This document shows positions 36,701-49,195 of a stretch of DNA of 64,000 nt, one piece after another. Both the position numbers and the translations under genes were made by a program. Below the pieces are notes generated by a model, which made no database searches, was not told the origin of the DNA, and saw only the letters and a list, made by a program, of their open reading frames with translations. Source of the DNA: Lama guanicoe (Eukaryota); NCBI GenBank assembly GCA_013239625.1, contig MU053934.1, forward strand, positions 10,455,003 through 10,519,002, in the 5' to 3' direction. The number at the start of each line of letters is the position of its first letter. Positions within the stretch are counted from its first letter, which is position 1.

Positions 36701-37379
36701 TGGCCTCTCTGCCGTCTTGACTCTAAATCTGACATGAGAAGCCCCAGCTGCTCCCACGGGGGTGGACTCTGCGGTCCGGGCTGCCCTGGCGGGAAGGGAG
36801 GTGCAGACTTTGTGCTGTGTCCCTGGGCCGCGCAGGGCAGAGACGAGCCCCCGACCACGGCCGTGCCAGTGTGCTGCATGGAGGGGCTCAGAGGGAGACC
36901 CCTGGCCTCGCAGACCCAGCTCCACCGTCCACACTCTGAACTCAGAGCCCAGTGCCCAGGATGAGCTGCCTGCCGTGGGGTGCAGGGTCCCACCATTCAC
37001 TGTTGGATCCCCATGGGTCACACCTCTGCCTTTGGGGAGCCTACACTCTAATTGTGGGTAACAGACCCCCAAGAGGTCGACACTAACAAAAACAGGGAAG
37101 CTCCCCTCCTCCAGGGAGCCCTCCGGCCTCCCGGGTGGGGTCAGGCAGAGCCATGCCCCTCGCCGCCTGGCTCCCGTGGCGCCTCTCTGGTTGCTTTGTT
37201 TTGGGACCTGCCTCGCTTCGTCCTGTCCCCAGGCTCCCTTGGTCTCGCCTCTTGCTTTTCCTCAGACGGTCTGGGAGGAGGGTGGGGGCTGTGCTGGTCG
37301 AGGGCCCGGCTGAACTGGGGAAGGAGCAAGTTTCTGATCAGATGTGGGACTGAGCTTTGAACAGGCTGCGGCTTTTGAC

Positions 37380-38420
37380 CGAGGCATTAGGAAATAAAAG
37401 AGTCCCCACACGCAGAGCAGAGAACTCAGGCCTCGCGGCGAGGCCCGGCGCTCTGCGGCCGTGGGGGTCCGAGCGTGGCCGCGGGGGCCGCCAGGGTGTC
37501 CCCATGCACGTCCTCTGTCGGTCTGCTCACCAGGTCCGTGCCCCCACCCACGGGAGGCCTGTCCTCTCACGGGTGCGCCCGCTTGCCTGGCTCTCAACGG
37601 TCCGTTGCGGCGGGGAGTGTGAGTCCTGGCTAGCGCCAGATTTCTGCTCTCGTGGCCACCTCCAAGCCCCGGGGGCCCCAGGACGGCTGTACTCCTTACG
37701 GGCCCCGCTGCCTCGTTTTCCGTCCTGCCGCCTCCTCCCTGAACGTGTGCAGAGATTAAAGAGTGCGAACACCCACCAGGGTGACGTGAACGGCGAGCCC
37801 GAGGGGGCCTGGGTCTGACCACGCTGGGGAGATGCATGACGTGAGTGCTGAAGGGAGAAGGACGCACCCCGGAAAGTCAACGGTGGGGACCGTGCAGCGG
37901 AGAGATGGAGTTCCGGGCGAGCCGAGGGAGCGAAATGAGGACGCCCGAGGCTGGAGCGCCGGGGCGGCGAGCACCGCCTTCCTCATCGGCGCCCCTCTCC
38001 GCTCCACCTCGAGGGGGCAGCCAGAGCCATTCGGGCACGTTTGGGAAAGTCTGGGCTTGCCCCCACCATCCCCTCCCCCGTGGCCGTGCAGGCACTCACT
38101 GGGTCCCTGGGCAGGTGTGGCCACGCGTCCCCGCTGCGTCCAGAGCTCCTGCTTTACGTCTTCCCCCTGCCCCCGCGCCCGGCCCCGCGAGGGTCCTGGA
38201 GGCTCTGCCGGCAGCCGGCAGGGACGGGGGCTCCGGGCAGGCGGACACTCACGGCACGCTCTCCTGGGCGCTGCAGAGAGATCTGCGGGCCTGCCTGGCG
38301 CGCCCGGCGCTGTGAGCTGCTGGCCAGGATCCAGTTCAGATGCTGGCTCGGACCCCGTCAGCTCTCACCCTGGTCTTCTGGTTTTCCGTGGGGACACCCT
38401 CGGGCACGTCTCACTGGGCT
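37380..38420. other. CpG-rich / CpG-island-like segment
   Basis: About 1 kb of very high GC with abundant CpG; no gene identified. Confidence 0.55.
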
Positions 38421-38897
38421 GTGGGGTCTGCAGATGGAAAGCCCGGGTCGTGGGGGGCAGGAGCGCTGGGTAAGCCTGGTACACCCCTGGGGGAGTGCGT
38501 GGGGGGGGTGGGCTCTCCCCGCTGCGGCCCCGACCTCTTGTCCCTCCGGGCCACCCCGTCCTTGCACTGACCCTTGCTGGGCCCACCTGCGCATCTGCGT
38601 CTGGGCAGCTCCTCACCCTCCTGGAGGGGCCCCCCTGCTCTGCTCCGCGGCCTGGGGACGGCCCGGCCCCGTCTCCGAGCTGGACCAAGCCCTCTGGCCC
38701 TGGACCACATGGTGCATGGTCTTCCGCACGCTTTCTCTTTCTTCCGCCCCGGCCGTCTGCTGGGAGGGTGCCTCCTGGGCCTCTGGGGGTTTCCATGAGG
38801 GTGGGTCCACCCTGAGTGTGTAGCTTTCCAGTCGAGCACAGACCTTGAACTTACCTGGTGCTCACATGCGGCTGATAAATCAAGTGGTGGCGGCGGA

Positions 38898-39045
38898 GGG
38901 GGAGGATATGGCTCAGTGGCTGAGCGTGTGTCTGGCCTGCGTGAGGTCCTAGGTTCAGTCCCCAGTACCACCATTATAAATAAATAAAAACCTAATTACA
39001 CCCCCCCAAAATTAATAAAAATAAAAACAAACAAAAATAATGTTT
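38898..39045 (+). mobile_element. tRNA-derived SINE, camelid Vic-1-like
   Basis: A box TGGCTCAGTGG (38909-38919), B box GGTTCAGTCCC (38952-38962), then 'aaataaataaaaacctaattacacccccccaaaa' and an A-rich tail. Confidence 0.88.
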
Positions 39046-40339
39046 TAAATAGAAGGTAATGGAGAGCTGATTTGAGTGCTGTGAATGGAAAGGACACTTT
39101 AGGACCCAAGCTCCTGGGGGCCTACAGTAAACAGACCGCAGTGCCCAGCCCCCCGCCCCCAAGGGGCCTGCTCTGGGGGCTTCCTTCGCAGCTCCTCCAT
39201 GAGACCTAACCGGGAGCCAGCGGAGAGGAGGGGGTCGCGCTGGGGCTGGCCGGTACTGCTGGCCGCTGAATCTCCAGGAGCTTGGCCCGTCAGCTGGTAT
39301 CACGTTGGGAGCTTGAAACCAGCCCCCGTGGGAGCCCTGGCACCGCAGATGCCGGTGGGGACGAGGGATGCTGGTGAGGACCCCGGTCCTACCCCCCCAC
39401 CCGGCGGGGACCGCAGGCTGCTGGGTGCCTACCCCCTCCCCCGCCTGGGCCCAGGGCTGCTGCCGCCGGACGCTTCCTCTTTGCTTTCTCCTGCTTCTCT
39501 TTTGTGTCTCTTTCCTAACAGCCTCTGCACCCCACGGCTCCGCCTTCCTGCACTTGGCGTTCTGGGAAGCTGGCCTCTCCCGGGCAAGCCTCCCCCCGCC
39601 CACTCTGCCCTGGGCCGGTGGACAGAGGACCGGGGGCACCCTCATTTGCTCTGCTGTGGCCCTTCCAGGGAACCGTGGTGGGGAGGGTGGCCTTGCTGTC
39701 GGGACTTGGCCACCTGGGGTGTCTGGCGAAGTTCCCTGGCAGTGTGACTGAACCAAATGCACGTCTCCGTTTCCAGGCAGGCCGGGTGGCTCGCGTGGCC
39801 TGGGCTTGGGTGTGCCCGTCCACCATGGCCCCAGGCAGTGTCAGCACTGTGGGGCCTCCCACCCAGTGGGCCCCGCGAGGCCCCGGCTCCTGGCCCCGGT
39901 GCCCCCGGCTCCCTGCATCCCGACGGCCCTGGAGTCCTCCCACTCTCCCTGCGGCGTCTGCTGCTGGTGTCCGTGCTCCGGGAGGTAAAGCATCGGGGGC
40001 GGGAAGGGCGTCTGCTTCGCTCTTGGCTGTGTCACCCGTCCTGGGCCCCGTGCCTGGCGCCTGGCGCCTGGCGCTGTGACGTGCTGTCAGAGTCCACGCG
40101 GGTGGCGTTGTCGCTGTTACTCTGCGGCTGGTGTGTCGCTCTCCCTTGCCTGTGCCAGCACCCCCACGGCTGCGCTGACATCCCTCCTACTGGTGAGTGT
40201 GTCCCCACCCCCGCTGCAGGGCACGGTCACCTCCACTCTCACGGCGGCCGTCTTGTTACAAAGACCGTCCTAGCTCCAGTCACTCCAGGTCTGGCATTTC
40301 TCCATCACATCGAGTTTATAGTCTCACCTGGAGGTTTGG

Positions 40340-40510
40340 GGAAAAAAAATTGAATCAATGGTTTTTAATTATGTCCATCTTGTAGACTTTACATTACAGG
40401 AACCGCTCGATAATAGTTTATAATCCAAACAGCCGCAGGAACATTGCTCTGTACAGAACAGAACACCAGGGTTTTCTCTTCCTTCACCCATAAGCTCTGT
40501 AAAAGTGCCG
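40340..40510. promoter_or_regulatory. Candidate conserved non-coding element
   Basis: AATCAAT, TTTAATTA, GATAAT and TTTATAATCC in an AT island within GC-rich DNA. Confidence 0.4.
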
Positions 40511-40914
40511 CCTCTTCCCGATCTGGTCGTTGCGCCCCCTGCGCGGCCCTGCGCGTGGGAGGGGGGCCAGGGTGAGCGCTGATTCTGCGCTTGGTTCGTC
40601 GCCGCAGACCCGTGTGCAGGCAGGGGGCCGGCACGGGTCCGGGAGAGGGGACCCCGGACAGGGGCTTGTCCCCCCTCCCCTGGCTCTGTGTGTCTGAGCT
40701 CCTGCCGAGCGTCTCCGAGCTCAGGCAGCTTTTCTGTGGGGCTGGGAGGGGCGGCGAGCGAACACCAAACAAGCATGCTTGGGCCAGCTCTTCCGGACAA
40801 GGCGAGGCTGGGCGTGCCGTGGGCTCGCCGGGCCAGGACGCAGCTCTGCCCCTGCTGGCTGGGGGAGCCTGGGTGGGCAGCCCAACTTCTCTGCTTTTAG
40901 TTCCACTGATTATA

Positions 40915-41119
40915 TTTTGTCTTTTTAAAACATTTAATGTTTACTAAACAACTATTTTGTCTTTTGTTTTGAATTAATTTTACTTAGCAACCCTTTTTAT
41001 CTGGGGGGGGCAGGTAATTAGATTCAGTTATTTGTTTTTCAACGGAGGTCCTGGGGATTGAGCCCAAGACGCCATGCGTGCTAAGCACGTGCTCCACCCC
41101 TGAGCTCCACCCCACCTGC
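40915..41119 (-). mobile_element. tRNA-derived SINE, camelid Vic-1-like, inserted into a MIR
   Basis: Reverse reads 'gagctcaggggtggagcacgtgcttagcacgcatggcgtcttgggctcaatccccaggacctcc...ctaattacctgcccccccc'; TSD tagttccactgattata (40898-40914) / tagttccatagaatata (41120-41136); MIR-like flanks at about 40870-41230. Confidence 0.88.
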
Positions 41120-43589
41120 TAGTTCCATAGAATATAAAACAGGCAAAAGAGACTCACGTCTCAGGGCTGCTGATGGATGAGATGAAAGGGCCCAAGCGCA
41201 GCTGCTTGCACAGGTAGAGCAGCGGTGGGGCCTCTAAAGGGCGTGGCTGCTGCCCTACCGCACAGAGCCCGGCGCCCAGAGGCCCACCCGCACCTCTCGT
41301 CTGCTCGTGTCTCTCTGTTTCCCAAATTGACAGGGAGTCGGCTTCCACCTTGCTCTGTTCCTCCAGCCCCTGGTGCTTCTTCGGAGACGAGGGTGCTGCT
41401 GGGGGGACCGAGCCTGCTCGGGGGCTGAGGCCCAGAATCCCTCCCTCCTACGCGAGAGATGACAGTAGGGAGTCTCTCGTCTTTCCCGTCCAGAGATCCC
41501 CGAGAGCTCCTGCTGCCCTGTGCATCATAAGTGTGTGTCGCCGCCAGCCCTGCAGACTTGGGGGAGGGGGCAGAGGGAGGAGGCAGGGCCGGCCCAGGTG
41601 TCAGGATTCGGCCAGACCCACTCTTCCCCCCAAGTCAGGGGCCCCGGTTCCAGGACACCCCCGGGAGGGCAGATCTGGCCCTGGAAGGAAGGGAAGGACA
41701 CTTCTCCAGACTGCCTTGGCAGCTTCTGGGGACTCGCTGGCCAGGCTCTTGTTGCGGGGAAGAAAAATGCCTCTGCTGCTTATAAAAAGGCCCAGCAGAC
41801 CCCTGCCGCGAGGGCCCGGCTGTTCAAAGTCAAGAAAGATGCTTCCTGAGAGGGCCCGGCGAGCAGACAAGTCTAAAAACCCACTACTTCAGAGCTATGT
41901 TTCTCAATAAGCATGGATATCGGGCACCAGGCAAAGAAAATAATCAATTTCAGCCTGCAGGCCGGGCCAGCGGGGGAGCCGGACTGGTGTCTTTCTTTAT
42001 TTACTTCGTTTGGGAAGGAGCAGTGAAATGTGAGATTCGGAGACAAGCCAGCTCTCTCCTCGGCCTCGGAAACCGGTGGCACAAGGCCTTCTTTTCCAGG
42101 GGAGTACAAGGTAGGGGTGGCCCCCAGTTCCTTCCCCGGGGCTGGGGGGACGGGACGGCGGGTGTGCAGGGTGGGGGCAGCCCTGCCAAGTTCATGCACT
42201 GGGTGCCCGGAGCGGTCCCAGACACGCGGAGGGCTTGGGCCCTGCGGAATCCTGAGGTCCCCGGGGCCCCCAGACCCTGCCAGCCCGAAGCGGCCGCAGA
42301 GGTGGAGTGCTGGGCTCTGAGACGGCCTGGGGGAGCCGGGGGAGCCCTGCCCTGGGCCTGGCTCTGCAGCCGTGAGCGGGGGTCCTCGCCGCGTGGCTTC
42401 CTGGCTGAGCCTCCCTCCTCTGCTTCCACAGGGAGTGGGCACTCTCGCTGTGCCCTCCCAGGTGCGCACCGGGGGATGGGCTGTCACATGCGCTTTGATG
42501 CCGGCCAAGCAGAGGCTGCCCCATGGGCCGGCCCCGCCGCCCCGTCAGGCTCCCTGCAGACGGTAGAGGCTGCTGAGGGCGGGTGGCGACACCTGTGCCA
42601 AAGGAGAGGGAACCCGGGTGCAAAACGGTCAGGGTCCTGCCTGTTCAGAGCGGGTGCGCTCGGCTCACCCAGGAGCCCTCCGGCTGGGGCTCAGGAGGTC
42701 ACCCAGGGCTGACTGCCCCGCGGCTCTCCTGGGTACGGACGTTCTGAGACCGCCCCTCAGCTACCAGACGGGCCTGCACGGCGTCCGCACTGCCCGCCCC
42801 TGCCTGAGCCTCCCTCTGCAGGGCCCACTCTCCTGCCCCTCCCAGCACCCCCCCACCTCTGTCCCTGTCTGTCCTTGCTTCTCAGGCTCGCCAGCGCCTA
42901 CCCTTCTTCCCTCAGCATCTGGCTATTGGCCTCTTCCTTGACGAGACTTCCCCCAAACCCCTCCCCCTGCACCTTCACACTCTAGTCAGAATTAGCCCGC
43001 CCGCCTCTGTGCTCCCAGACTTCTTTGTGCCTTTTCTGCTGCCCTCATCTCCTGGCCCTCCAAGCAGGGACCCCGTCTTGCCCCAGCAGCCCCTCATTAA
43101 AAAGAAATATTTGGTGACTTTTTAACAAAACTACATGAGTCTCTCTGGGAGCACTTTGTGCATTATGAGAGGGGTGAAAAAGCCGAGGGTCAGAGCAGCC
43201 CTGACACCTGCCCAGGGTTCCCTGCCCGCTCCTCTTCCTCTTGCGCCTGTGGAGGGTAGAGGTGAGGAAGCACCAGCATTCAGGACCCTGACCCATGTGG
43301 CCCAACAGCCCCCCACTCCTTGACCCCGGGTGCCCTCTAGTTCCGGAAGAAGGACCCAGCCCCAGGAGAGGTGAGGAGCCCACGACCCGTCTTGGCAACA
43401 GTAGGTGTTCTGCAAACGTGCGTCCCTGCCAGCCGGGCTGCTGGACCGTGGGTGGGGAGATTGGGGGGCGGGGGGCGCAGCCAAGCTCCGGGCGGGGAGA
43501 CGTGGGGTCCCGGGCGCCCGGTCGGCCACCCTCCGGACATGCCAGTCTCCTCGCCTCTGTGCTGGCTCTGCAGGTGGAAAGGAGGATAC

Positions 43590-43875
43590 GGGAAGACAAT
43601 TTGAATTTATAAGTCCATTTCCAGTGGGGTTATGGATGTGCAAAGAAAAGAATACATAAGTGTGTGGCCAGGTGTACACGCGACCAGCTCCTCGATTATT
43701 TATTTATCCCCGAGAAGCGCTTACTGGGGGATGGCAAACATTTGTTCCGTAGATGGAGCCCAGAGGACTGACCCTGCCGAAAGAAACCGGATTATTAGCG
43801 CTCCGACAATTGGGTTTGCACAGACTTTTACCTCCAGTTATTAAGAGAAGCAGGGAGTTTATATTCATGCGGCAC
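43590..43875. promoter_or_regulatory. Candidate conserved non-coding element
   Basis: Non-repeat AT-richer block with TTTATAAG, TATTTATTTA, GCAAACA, GGATTA and TTATTAAG motifs, next to a CpG-rich segment. Confidence 0.4.
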
Positions 43876-44600
43876 CAGGAGCGGGTCGGTGGCGGCTGGG
43901 GAAGGGGCTGGCGGGGCGGGGCCTCCCACCGCGAGGGGGCTTCCCCGGGCCCCTCCGCGCGTCAGCGCCCCCCCCCCCCCCCCCGGGCGGCGTGGTGCCA
44001 TCCCCGAGTCCCCGGGGGCAGGCTACCTGTCGGGAGGAGGCACCAGCACTTCCAGTGAGAGGTAAGCCCCCCCAGCAGGGAGCTGTCCCCTCTGCAGGGC
44101 GGCAGGCGCAGTGGCAGCGACGGGGAGCGATGACACTCAGCGTCAGTCCCCCAGCAGCCCCGCGCCGGGTGTGCGGGGAGGGCCGCTCACGACGCCCTTT
44201 CCCGGGGGGCGCGCGTGTCCTATCCGGCGTCACTCGGCTCCTGGTCGCTGCCTCGGAGCTCCTCCCCCTCCTGCTGCTTCAGGGCTCAGAGACCACCACT
44301 CCGGGCGGCTCCCGGGGCCCCCGCTGAGCTGAGGGCTCCTGGTCCTGCCACGGCCACCGAGCCACCGTGCTGCTCCCCTTCTCCTGCCTGTCGCCCGCCC
44401 CCTGTGGCGGGGGCCTCTGCTGTCTTGCCTGTGCCCCTCTGCGTCGCTGCTCTGCGGGGACTGTCCTCCGTGCCCGGGGCCGGCTCTGCCCACGGGGCCG
44501 GCGGAGGCCCCGGGCCTGGCGAAGCCGCTGGAGGGATGGAGGTGGCGTGCCAGGGCCCCCAGCTCCGTGGGCGGGACGCCTCTGAGGCCTGCTCTGCGTC
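43875..44600. other. CpG-island-like segment with GC box and C17 tract
   Basis: GGGGCGGGG near 43913-43921, poly-C at 43968-43984, dense CpG. Confidence 0.55.
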
Positions 44601-45379
44601 GTCTCCAGGAGGAATGGCTGCTGGGTTGAGATTCTCACCAACACCCACATGCTCAGGCCGGGAGTTCAGGGTTTTTGAAGGAATATTTCTACAAACACAT
44701 CTTGGGCTGTCACACTTATTCCTGAACTTAAAGGCCACAGCACAGGAGTAGGGGCATTAAAAAAAGAAACCTTTCTGTGCTGTGAGCCCCAGGAACTTGT
44801 TCTGAGATTTCACCATCCCTGAGTCACTTCATTAGGCCCTTGGTGTTAGTGATCAGCCAGTGCTCTGAGGAGGGGAGGCGGCCAGGCTGCAGAGGGGGCT
44901 GGGGCGGTGGGGGAGAGGGGGTGTCCTGGCCCTGGTCCTCTTCCCCAGGGATCTCCCCCACCCCCAGCGCCCCGCCTTTCCTCCAAGGCCGCCCTGCCCT
45001 CCGCCCGTGCGCGTCTCAGCTCTCTGCACCTTGTAAAATGTGTCATTTGTTTTTAAATGTTGTTTATAGTATTTTTGCAAAAAATTATTATTTTTTTAAT
45101 CTTTATGGAGTGAAACAGTAAATTTTCTCTGTCTTGCCCGTTAGGGTGTTTTCCTTTGATGCCATGCTTGGGAAGGGCTCCTGTCCTGAGTCAGGAAAAC
45201 ATTTGTCACGTTTCCTCCTGGTCTGTCACTAGTGTTTGTCCCCCACCCCATACACCACTCAAGTATTTAACTGGCAAATGGCGGGAGGTCAGAGTCCAGC
45301 CCGGAGCTGGATGGTCGTGCAGTCTGTTTATGGTCCCATATGATTTGAAATGTCACTGGCTCCGCGGCCCCAGCCCTTC

Positions 45380-47626
45380 CCCCTTCCCCCTTCCGCTCTT
45401 GCCCTGTGAGGACAGTAAGCTGATGAGCTCTCAAACCCAAACGCGCTCTGAACAGCCGTGGTCTTAACTGGCGCCTCCGCCCGTGTCTGATACTTCGGGT
45501 GTCGCGTTTGGCATCGTTTTGCCTTGTGTGTCCCTTAACACACAAGCCGCTCCCCGTGGCCATCGGCGATTTCCACCGCTTTTGTGCCCTCGCCTCCCTC
45601 CTGGCCTTGTAAGCCCTGATGCCCCACTTACCATGCATTTGCCTCCACCAGCGAGATGATTCTTTCCGTGATTTTCAGATTTCCAGCCGCGCTCTTTTCT
45701 CTCCTGCTTAGACACGTGCCTCTAGCATCTCCTGTAAAGCGCGTTCAGCAGCGACGCACGCTCTCCGCTTTCACTGGCCTCGCAGTCTCTCTCTCTCCTT
45801 CAAATCTGAGGGGCAGAGGATTCTTGGTTGTGGGTTTTCCTTTGATGACTCTGAATGCATACACCGCGCCCCTCCCCCCGGCCTGCAGTCTGGGCTGGAA
45901 GGGCAGGCGCCCGCCTGACAGGGGCTCCCTCGCGTGTCACTGGCGGCTTTTTTCTTACTGCCTTACTTTTCCCTCTTTGTCTTCGGTTTTTGCCGTGTTA
46001 ATCGTGGCGTGCCTCGGTGTGGCCCTCTTTGGGTTGATCTTGTGTTGGACTCGCTGTGGTTCCCGGACCTGCATGTCAGTTTCTTTTCTCTGATGCGGGA
46101 AGTTTTCAGCTATTTTTTTCTAGAAATAAGTTGTCTGTCCCCTCTCCTTTCTCGTCTCCTGCTGGGACCCCTGCAACGCGAATGTCAGTGCTCTTAACGT
46201 TGTCCCAGAGGTCTCTCAAACTACACTCATTTTTTTGAAAATTCTTTTTTTCTGCTCAGCTTGGGTGATCTCCACTGCTCTGTCTTCTAGTGTTCAGACC
46301 TGTTCCTCTGTATCAGCTAACCGACCGCCGACGTCTCCGAGTGTGCTTGTGTTTCAGTTATTGCATCTTCAGCTCTGTTTGGTTCTTCTTTGTATTTTCT
46401 CTTTGTAACCTTCTCGCTCTTCACCCAGGCTGAGTCTGCGAGCATCTTCGTGAGAGCACTGGGGCTCTTTACCCGGCGGATCACTTGCCTCCACTTCTCA
46501 GCGCTTCTGGGGCTTTGTCTTGTTCTTTCAATTGGGACGTACCCCTCTGTCTCCTCACTCTGCCCACTTCTCTGCATTTATTTCCATGTGTTCGGTAGCT
46601 TGGTTGCATTTCCAGGTCTTGGAGAAGTGGCCCTGCTGTGGGAGACGCCCTGCTGGGTGGAGCAGCACCCTCCCCTCTGGCCTTCGGAGCGCTGTGCTCT
46701 CGGGGTGCCCCCACGTGGGTTCCGTGGGCCTTGCTGGCTGGGGTGGGGCTGGCTGCTGTGGCTGTGCTGTCGCCGGGGCTGGCCCCCGGCCTGGCTGGCT
46801 GCCAGGCCCTGCCTTGTGCAGTGGCTGCTGCGCTGCCGGGCTGCCGGTGGGTGGGCCGGATCCTGGCGTGGCTGGCTGCCCGGCCTGGGGGCTCCTGGGG
46901 CTGACGCCGGGCCACTGGTGGGAGGGGTCGTGTCTTCGTGGGGCTGGCTGCACGGCCTGGGAGTGTCCTGGCTGTGGGGGTGGTAAGCCCCTGGTGCTAC
47001 TAGGTTAGTCTGAGGACTCCAGAATGGCGCTTTTCGGCAGCAGTGTCCTTGTGGCAGAGTGGGTCTTTGTCAGCATCCAAATCCCCAGAGAGAGCCCCAG
47101 GGGCCTCCAGCCTCTCCAGGAGGCTCTCCAAGACCAGCAAGCGGGCTGGCCCAGGCTCCTTTCCAGTGACCGCTTCTGCACCGGGACTCAGAATGTGGGA
47201 GATTTCGTAAGCACCCTTTAGGAGCCGAATCCGTGTTTCCTACTGCTCTCGGGCTCTCCTGAACGCAGGACCTGCTGGCCTTCAAAGTCAGACGTTCTGG
47301 GGGCTCATCTCAGTGCAGGACACGGGCTGGGGAGGCTGCTGCGCGGCTCCGACCCCTCGCTCCCTGGGGAAACTCTGCAGTTGTACCCTCCTGTTGGTGG
47401 GCCGCCTACCCGGGGGTGTGGCCTTGGCTGCACAGCATCTCTGCGCCTCCTGCCCGTCTCATTGTGGCTCCTTCTTCACATCTTTAGTTGTGGAAAGTCT
47501 TTCCTGTCGGCTTCCTGTCATTTTCAGAGAGAGCTGCTCTGTAAATAGCTGTAATTCCGGTGTAATTGTGGGAGGTTGGGGGAGCCCAGGGGCTTCTTGC
47601 TCTGCCGTCTTGGCCACACCTCCTCT
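45380..47626 (-). mobile_element. L1 5' half (5'UTR + ORF1 remnants), heavily GC-shifted
   Basis: 5' terminus 'gagcccaggggcttcttgctctgccgtcttggccacacctcc'; ORF1 antisense motifs 'tgcctcggtgtggccctctttgggttgatctt', 'gggaagttttcagctatt', 'gttgtcccagaggtctctcaaact'. Confidence 0.85.
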
Positions 47627-48674
47627 TTTTGGTGAGCTTTTAATTTGGGCCTGTTTTTTCCATGACCAACCATCACCCTTACCCGTGCCTCCTTGCGAGC
47701 AGGTGTGGAGTTCCTGCTGTGTATTCATCTAGAGGAACAGTTTCTGTTCCACGAGGGACAGACTTCCTCGCCTACGCTCCCGGTAACCTGGTCTGCAGAG
47801 CGGCTGCTCCAGCCAGCGCCCCGCCAGAGATGCCCTCTCTCTCTCTCAGCCCCGCGGTGGGCGGTTTGTCGGGACTCTCAGGCTTTCCGAAGAAGCAGCT
47901 TTAGTTTTGTTGACTGTTTCTATTTTAACTTTGCTTCCTGTTTACAAATTTGAGTTCATTACCTTACTTCCTCTCTCCTACCTTCTTGAGTTCATTTTAT
48001 TTTTTTCAGCTTCTAAAGCAGAACACTTAGTTCATTTATTTTCAATAACTCTCACTTCTGCAGCATGTGAAGCTCTGCCTTCTCTAATCACCCTTCAGCG
48101 CCTCACTGTTCTTGCAGAGCTAGGCTGCTGATAACGCCCAGTGCACTTGCCCACTTTGCTTTCCGTTTATCCACCCGCGCGCTGTGTCTCCATTATCTCC
48201 TTTCCTCTTTCTTCCGCGGCTCACCCATTCTTTTTCAGCCCCGAGGGTGGAACATTAACTGGTGAACTTCCAGCCTCCCTTACCTGCCCCAGCGCTGTCT
48301 GCGGCCCCCACGCAGGGCCCCACGCCCATTTCCATGGCCAGGGGCCTCCCACTCCAGCCGCCTCCCCCGACTCTCCACATCCAGACACCCAGCTCTTTAG
48401 GGGTCCGCTCGCCACCCTTTCACATCTCCTTCTCAAGCCTTCACAGGATCTGGAGTTACTGCATCTGGAGTTTGTTAACTTGTAGCGTGGTCCTCCCACC
48501 GGGCGAAGGTTCTGGGGGCACCGGCCCTGGCTGTGCGGTGCACCTCTGGGTCCCCGGCGCTCGGAACACTCCCTGGTGCTTCGTGGACCCTCGGAGATGT
48601 TGGGGGGGACCGACCGGATGGGGTCTTGCACCCATAGGCCAGACCCCTGTCTCACAGATAGTAATAATGCCTCA

Positions 48675-49195
48675 TTTTTTTAAAAAAAATTAATGTTATA
48701 ATTTTCTTTTTATTCGGGTCAAATACACATAACATAAAAAGTACCATTTTAGCCATTTGTCAGTGTACGATTCAGTGGCATTAATGACATTCACACTGTT
48801 GTGCAATGATCACCACCCTCCGTCTCCACTTTCTCACGTGTCCAGACAGAAACTGTGTTCCCACTGAAGGGGGGAGTGTCCCCTGCCGCTGCCCCAGCCC
48901 CGGTGGCCACCTCCTCCTTTCTGTCTCTGTGGACTTGCCTACACAAGGGACGGCACACAGTGGAATTGTGTGGCACCTGTCCTTTGGTGACTGAATTCTA
49001 TCACCTAATACAAGGCAGGTGCCTCTTTAAGGGTTTTAAGGTCCATCCAGGTATCAGCATTTCCTCCCTGTTTGCGGCCAGACAAGACTCCGCCGCGTGG
49101 ACGCGCCGCACTTAGTGTGTCTGCTCCTTGTCCGCAGGCGCTGGGCTGCTTTCTCCTCGTGGCAGCTGTGAGTACTTTGCACAGAACGTCACTGC
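48675..49195 (-). mobile_element. L1MB-like 3' end
   Basis: 'cacataacataaaaagtaccattttagccatttgtcagtgtacgattcagtggcattaatgacattcacactgttgtgcaatgatcaccacc'. Confidence 0.85.

Noticed and set aside
38898..38975. tRNA-like sequence with A and B boxes
   Set aside because: It is the head of a SINE: followed by the family-specific body and A-rich tail, with a second diverged copy at 41 kb.
37262..39762. Several 200-260 aa ORFs in GC-rich DNA
   Set aside because: Multiple frames are open at once, as expected from stop-codon depletion; no motif or coherent exon structure.
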